From a virus (lineage: Duplodnaviria; Caudoviricetes): a stretch of DNA of 29,414 nt. The notes beneath the pieces were generated by a model that saw only the letters and a list, made by a program, of their open reading frames with translations, was not told the origin of the DNA and searched no databases. The translations under genes and the position numbers were made by a program. The DNA lies in the IMG/VR virus record IMGVR_UViG_3300030376_000069, positions 1 to 29,414 of that record. One strand, written 5' to 3'. Positions 25,707-29,414 of this stretch are shown here, one piece after another. Every line of letters starts with the position of its first letter. The first letter of the stretch is position 1.

Positions 25707-25865
25707 CTATCCTTTCTTGATTTCATAAACTCTTTCTGAAGATTGCTTGGTAAGATGTTGAGTGAGTTGTTCTCTATTTCGGAGTTCTTCTTCCGCCTCC
25801 TTCTTAGTATCGAAAGATTTAATTTCCACATCACCCCATTCCTTATTTAATATCAACTTCCACAT
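25707..25865 (-). CDS. 52-aa hypothetical protein MWKLILNKEWGDVEIKSFDTKKEAEEE...
   Basis: Start overlaps the end of thyX with GGGGTG upstream. FxTxxEAE motif is common in small phage proteins. Fills the gap. Confidence 0.6.
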   Translation of the reverse strand: MWKLILNKEWGDVEIKSFDTKKEAEEELRNREQLTQHLTKQSSERVYEIKKG

Positions 25866-26521
25866 AGCGCACCCCACGATTCAGGAAATAACTTTTCCAT
25901 ATGTTCTCCAATTAGTTTTACTACATCATGAGTTTCAACCTGTGCATCCTTACTACATCGTAGCTTATACACCCGTCCAAATGCCATAAGTGTACCAGAC
26001 CAGTACCACTCTGTCAATAGACTTTGTGGTAGTATTGCTCTGGCCTGTTCTGCACATACACCTGAATCAATCATAGCTTTGTAAGAATCTTCGCAGTGAC
26101 GTTGTGCATCTTGAAACATATGGTTTACCACACTTGGTGAGGCAACCGACTGCCTCGATGACCCCTGCTTTACGTTCTCAGCACTCTGTCTCCAGTAGTC
26201 AGGGGACCAGAACTCTGGATCAGTTTTGATATACCTTCGGCTCACCTCATTCCAGACCAGACCAACCTGATGCTTCATAAGCTGGCGTGCTACAAAGATA
26301 GGTGCCTTGATCCTAAACTGTGCAGAGCCATGACCAAATGGGGTCCAGTGATTATGCTTGGCAAGATACTTTATTAGTTTAATATCTTTATCTTGAAGCA
26401 CTCCCTCAGTGGGTCCACCAAAAGGTATTACTTCCCAAGATGATTCTTTATCAAAGCTTACCCGTGCTGCATTTACAACACTGAGATCACTGCCCATATG
26501 ATCAATCAATTCAACAGTCAT
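25853..26521 (-). CDS. thyX: flavin-dependent thymidylate synthase
   Basis: VNAARVSF, HWTPFGH, APIFVARQL.KH..G..WNEVSRRY, EQARAILPQ and AQVE motifs. Probable start is ATG 26521. Confidence 0.95.
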   Translation of the reverse strand: MTVELIDHMGSDLSVVNAARVSFDKESSWEVIPFGGPTEGVLQDKDIKLIKYLAKHNHWTPFGHGSAQFRIKAPIFVARQLMKHQVGLVWNEVSRRYIKTDPEFWSPDYWRQSAENVKQGSSRQSVASPSVVNHMFQDAQRHCEDSYKAMIDSGVCAEQARAILPQSLLTEWYWSGTLMAFGRVYKLRCSKDAQVETHDVVKLIGEHMEKLFPESWGALCGS

Positions 26522-26696
26522 CGAATGTATCTTCCCACAGTTCATGTACAAAAGAAACTTTGTCTTCCATAATATTATCTGCTTCTTTTTTTGCTAATTT
26601 CCTAGCTTCTTTGTAGGCATATCCATCATCAACATACTCCCTGATAAGGTCACGCATTAAACCGCTGCGTTCTTTCTGCCATAAATTTTTAGCCAT
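26511..26696 (-). CDS. hypothetical protein (61 aa)
   Basis: Charged helical ORF packed in the operon with GAGTGAG upstream. Confidence 0.65.
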   Translation of the reverse strand: MAKNLWQKERSGLMRDLIREYVDDGYAYKEARKLAKKEADNIMEDKVSFVHELWEDTFDDC

Positions 26697-26697
26697 C

Positions 26698-26868
26698 TCA
26701 CTCTAAACCCTCTAAGTCTTTGAAAAATTTATCTCTTTCTTCTTGTAATGTTACATCATATCCTGATTCTTTCATCATTAACCATAGCTCTTCACCGTAC
26801 CCTAAAGATTTTCTCAGTACATCCTCTTTCTGAAGTCTGTGCCAATCAAAGTCATAAACTTTTGTCAT
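26698..26868 (-). CDS. hypothetical protein (56 aa)
   Basis: ATG 26868 after GGTGGA. Packed in the operon. Confidence 0.6.
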   Translation of the reverse strand: MTKVYDFDWHRLQKEDVLRKSLGYGEELWLMMKESGYDVTLQEERDKFFKDLEGLE

Positions 26869-27031
26869 CGTGTTCCACCCATCCAGTGTTAGCATTTACT
26901 TGTTTCTCTTTTGCTAAGTCACTTCTTAATTTATCTATTATCTTTTCTTGTTCTTTTACTCTGGACTTTAACATCTTAATATTAGTATTTAATATATCCC
27001 AAGCTGATTTTAAGTTGCTGTCTTCTGACAT
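26852..27031 (-). CDS. 59-aa coiled-coil hypothetical protein MSEDSNLKSAWDILNTNIKMLKSRVKEQEKIIDKLRSDL...
   Basis: GGGAG RBS and heptad pattern. Fills the gap and is just under the track cutoff. Confidence 0.65.
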   Translation of the reverse strand: MSEDSNLKSAWDILNTNIKMLKSRVKEQEKIIDKLRSDLAKEKQVNANTGWVEHDDKSL

Positions 27032-27043
27032 AGTATACTCCCA

Positions 27044-27532
27044 TCATTGAGTGTTGTCAATATAAAAGACATGATTATCTATCTGCCCTACGATAGAAAA
27101 CCTCTCATCCAATGCCCAGTAGGGCAGTACATATGAAGCATGGTAGTGCGTAGCACCCTCTGTATGGAGCAGGATAACGCCCTTCATGGCAAGCCCTGCT
27201 GCATTCACTGCTTCAGCATATGCATCTACATTGGCAATAGTTTCTGGCTTACCATCGCACCAGTAGGAGAAGTGGCACTTGTTTCTGACAGGCTTGCCCT
27301 TCCATGTTCTACCCTGTCGTACCACATCACATATATTATCTGGATACCTTTCGGACTGCACTCGTTGAAGTATAACATTTGCCACAGCAAGTTGTGCAAC
27401 AAAAGATTCTGAACGTGCTTCAAAGTACACTGCTTCTGCAAGACAGGATAGCTCATCTGCTTTTGCTTGTGTAGAAAATACAATTACAACAGCTACTATA
27501 AAGTTAAACATGATAAGTTTAAAGTAGTTCAT
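27044..27532 (-). CDS. cell wall hydrolase, SleB/Hydrolase_2 family, with N-terminal signal peptide
   Basis: CLAEAVYFEARSE, AVANVI..RV, YP..IC.VV.Q, CHFSYWCDGK, GATHYHA and I.NH.FY motifs. Signal peptide ends in TQA/AKA. Confidence 0.92.
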   Translation of the reverse strand: MNYFKLIMFNFIVAVVIVFSTQAKADELSCLAEAVYFEARSESFVAQLAVANVILQRVQSERYPDNICDVVRQGRTWKGKPVRNKCHFSYWCDGKPETIANVDAYAEAVNAAGLAMKGVILLHTEGATHYHASYVLPYWALDERFSIVGQIDNHVFYIDNTQ

Positions 27533-27726
27533 TGCATCCTCTCAATTTTAATTCCAAAGGGGAATCCATTCTGAAGTTCCCTGATACCATGACACATAAG
27601 ATATGCCGCAGCATCTTCATAGGTTGGGAACGTATGTATTTCTTCGTCTTCTTCAGAAATCATTGCATCAACGCTGTCAATGTCACTCAAGCCATCAATA
27701 TCTACTTGTGTTATAATGTAATTCAT
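27529..27726 (-). CDS. acidic hypothetical protein (65 aa)
   Basis: ATGA overlap with the hydrolase gene. FPTYEDA motif. Confidence 0.65.
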   Translation of the reverse strand: MNYIITQVDIDGLSDIDSVDAMISEEDEEIHTFPTYEDAAAYLMCHGIRELQNGFPFGIKIERMQ

Positions 27727-27782
27727 TATATAATTCCTATTAATATTAAATCTATTAGAGTTACAACTACATCTATAATCAT
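27726..27782 (-). CDS. 18-aa hydrophobic micropeptide MIIDVVVTLIDLILIGII
   Basis: Start overlaps the upstream stop (ATGA) and stop overlaps the downstream start (TAATG). GAGGA lies upstream. Confidence 0.5.
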   Translation of the reverse strand: MIIDVVVTLIDLILIGII

Positions 27783-27922
27783 CGCCCTTGTCCTCTATAT
27801 TTTTTCCAGCTACGTCTCTTATGTTTATTGTTGGGACGGGAAAAATTTCCCGCCCCTATAGATGTACGCTTCTTGATCCGATGTTGTGTCGGGTCGTACT
27901 TGTTGTCAGTCTGCTTTGCCAC
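27779..27922 (-). CDS. 47-aa very basic protein MAKQTDNKYDPTQHRIKKRTSIGAGNFSRPNNKHKRRSWKKYRGQGR
   Basis: GTG start overlaps the DUF932 stop (TAGTG) with GGAG upstream. KKxTSIG...NKHKRR..K.YRGQG is a pattern I recognise from small marine phage proteins. Confidence 0.75.
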   Translation of the reverse strand: MAKQTDNKYDPTQHRIKKRTSIGAGNFSRPNNKHKRRSWKKYRGQGR

Positions 27923-28818
27923 TATACCATCTCCAATCGTTTCCAATGTGGTGAGACCATCATCTTACGCACCTTATCTTCACGCAGTACACGGGTGTTA
28001 GCTTTGGGTACATGGGTAGACCATGCCGTAGCTGCCTGATAAGCAGTCCACAGTGTACCTTTGGTCTGCTGGCTGTACCCTTCGTAGTTACCCCGTCCAA
28101 TGAGGTGACGGTTCTCTTCATCAAAGGTTTTCATCAGGGTGGATAGCATTACTTTGTTGGGGCGATGCGCTTTGGTCACGTTGTCTGTGCTTTTTGCCAA
28201 CGTGTTGCTGAACAGACTGATAGCCTGATCTCTATCAATAGAAGTATTATACCACATTTTCATCTGATCCATGCCATCGTTGGCAATGAAGTCAGATGCA
28301 GCCCTTATCTTACTGGCAAAGCTGGTGACAGAGAAGTTCTTTGAGTGGCGACCATACACATAGGCCAGCTTGTTACCATCAACAAGGGTATTGTAACACG
28401 CCTGACGGAAGTAACCCATCATCCCGTTGTTAGCCCATGTCCTGTTGTGGCTGGTGCGGAACTTGAACTGTGGTGTAACCGTATCATTCCTGCCGTCTAT
28501 CGTTGTGGCTTCAGCATGGAACTTGGCAGTAAGTTCTAGCTGTTCACCATGACCAATTACATTGGTTTGGAACTCAGCACCATCAAGATCAATACCTGAC
28601 ATAGCAATAGCTTCTTCAATATTTTCTACAAGATCAAGATACTGAACAGGCTCATATTTATCAGACACAATTGCAATAGGCTCTTTGCTATCAGTACGAC
28701 GTAGACCTACACCTAGTGAGGGATCAATCTTTCCCCCATCTACACCTCCAAAGTTAGGATTAAAAGCACCAAGGTCAAACGGTTCTACACGAAAGTTAAT
28801 TACATCATGGTTAAACAT
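27922..28818 (-). CDS. DUF932-family protein
   Basis: RTD....IAIVSDKYEPVQ, SHN, R.AC.N.L, RHS and GTLWTAYQA.T.W..H motifs. Confidence 0.8.
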   Translation of the reverse strand: MFNHDVINFRVEPFDLGAFNPNFGGVDGGKIDPSLGVGLRRTDSKEPIAIVSDKYEPVQYLDLVENIEEAIAMSGIDLDGAEFQTNVIGHGEQLELTAKFHAEATTIDGRNDTVTPQFKFRTSHNRTWANNGMMGYFRQACYNTLVDGNKLAYVYGRHSKNFSVTSFASKIRAASDFIANDGMDQMKMWYNTSIDRDQAISLFSNTLAKSTDNVTKAHRPNKVMLSTLMKTFDEENRHLIGRGNYEGYSQQTKGTLWTAYQAATAWSTHVPKANTRVLREDKVRKMMVSPHWKRLEMV

Positions 28819-28972
28819 TTTGATTCTCTTTCATCTTTAGGTTGAAACGTATTGTATATAAGTGCTGAATGCACTGTGACACTTTGTCACTGTTTTCTAG
28901 TTTTACTAAGCCATTCAACTGAAGTTGGCTCAACACTTCAAGAGTTTCTTCTATAGCCTCAAGCTGTGTCAT
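28811..28972 (-). CDS. hypothetical early protein (53 aa)
   Basis: ATG 28972 overlaps the end of the upstream ORF. Packed arrangement. Confidence 0.6.
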   Translation of the reverse strand: MTQLEAIEETLEVLSQLQLNGLVKLENSDKVSQCIQHLYTIRFNLKMKENQNV

Positions 28973-29177
28973 AGTTCCATCTTTCATAACCCTCTGAAAG
29001 GGAACGCATTTCATGCTCAATCCAGCCATTTAGTTCTTGAATATTAATATCTTCAGGATCAACATCATAAGCAATGAGTTCCATATATTCTTCTACCATT
29101 GGGCGGCACCACTCATCGCCACCATAACGCAGAAACTTTTCAACATCTTCGATGTCTTTAAACTCAGGAATATTCAC
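28959..29177 (-). CDS. acidic hypothetical early protein (72 aa)
   Basis: GTG start after GAGGAG. Confidence 0.7.
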   Translation of the reverse strand: MNIPEFKDIEDVEKFLRYGGDEWCRPMVEEYMELIAYDVDPEDINIQELNGWIEHEMRSLSEGYERWNYDTA

Positions 29178-29178
29178 G

Positions 29179-29400
29179 TCACTCTCCTCTTAGTTGTATA
29201 TCTTTTAGTGTGTACTCAGATAGTATACCATTAAACGTGTTAGAGATCAAGCACAATCCGTTCAACGTAGACGGTGCATTGGTCATAGTAAAAGTCATGG
29301 TTGCCATCAAAGATTCTTCTGCGATTCTTAGATCGTCCATGTTTTCCTGTTGTAGTAAGCTAAGTTCATTATAAACTTGGTTAAATACTTTCATGTTCAT
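29179..29400 (-). CDS. hypothetical early protein (73 aa)
   Basis: GAGGAG RBS at the window edge precedes the ATG. Confidence 0.65.
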   Translation of the reverse strand: MNMKVFNQVYNELSLLQQENMDDLRIAEESLMATMTFTMTNAPSTLNGLCLISNTFNGILSEYTLKDIQLRGE

Positions 29401-29414
29401 ATGAAAGCTCCTCT

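Noticed and set aside
25514-25834. 106-aa ORF as given by the track
   Set aside because: Better explained as two genes (25707-25865 and 25514-25702), each with its own RBS.

Overview
This window is a 29.4-kb fragment of a lytic-looking dsDNA podovirus-type phage. Its gene content suggests a marine phage with an alphaproteobacterial host, resembling SIO1/cobavirus-type phages (inference). It has two convergent arms that meet at a hairpin terminator near 11,600-11,650. The + arm (1-11,536) is virion and lysis: end of a tail-fibre chaperone gene, tail fibre, nozzle-like protein, three internal/ejection proteins, peptidase M15 endolysin and holin-like membrane proteins. The - arm (29,400 down to 11,649) carries small early genes, DUF932, a SleB-type wall hydrolase, ThyX, T7-like primase-helicase, family A DNA polymerase, gp2.5-like SSB, PD-(D/E)XK and GIY-YIG nucleases, DUF3310, class II RNR and tRNA-Arg(UCU). 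That arm ends in a unit with its own perfect sigma70 promoter: ROSE-like RNA thermometer, hsp20, GT-A glycosyltransferase, a 784-aa GT/methyltransferase/Maf fusion, a SAM methyltransferase, a small 2-Cys protein, a 3TM holin, a membrane protein and terS. The most notable observations are this glycan-modification cassette, the phage-borne thermometer, a chimeric S74/tail-chaperone gene, an internal gp4B-like start, a structured ssb leader and several unannotated micro-ORFs. All family assignments come from motif recognition by eye; no database search was run.
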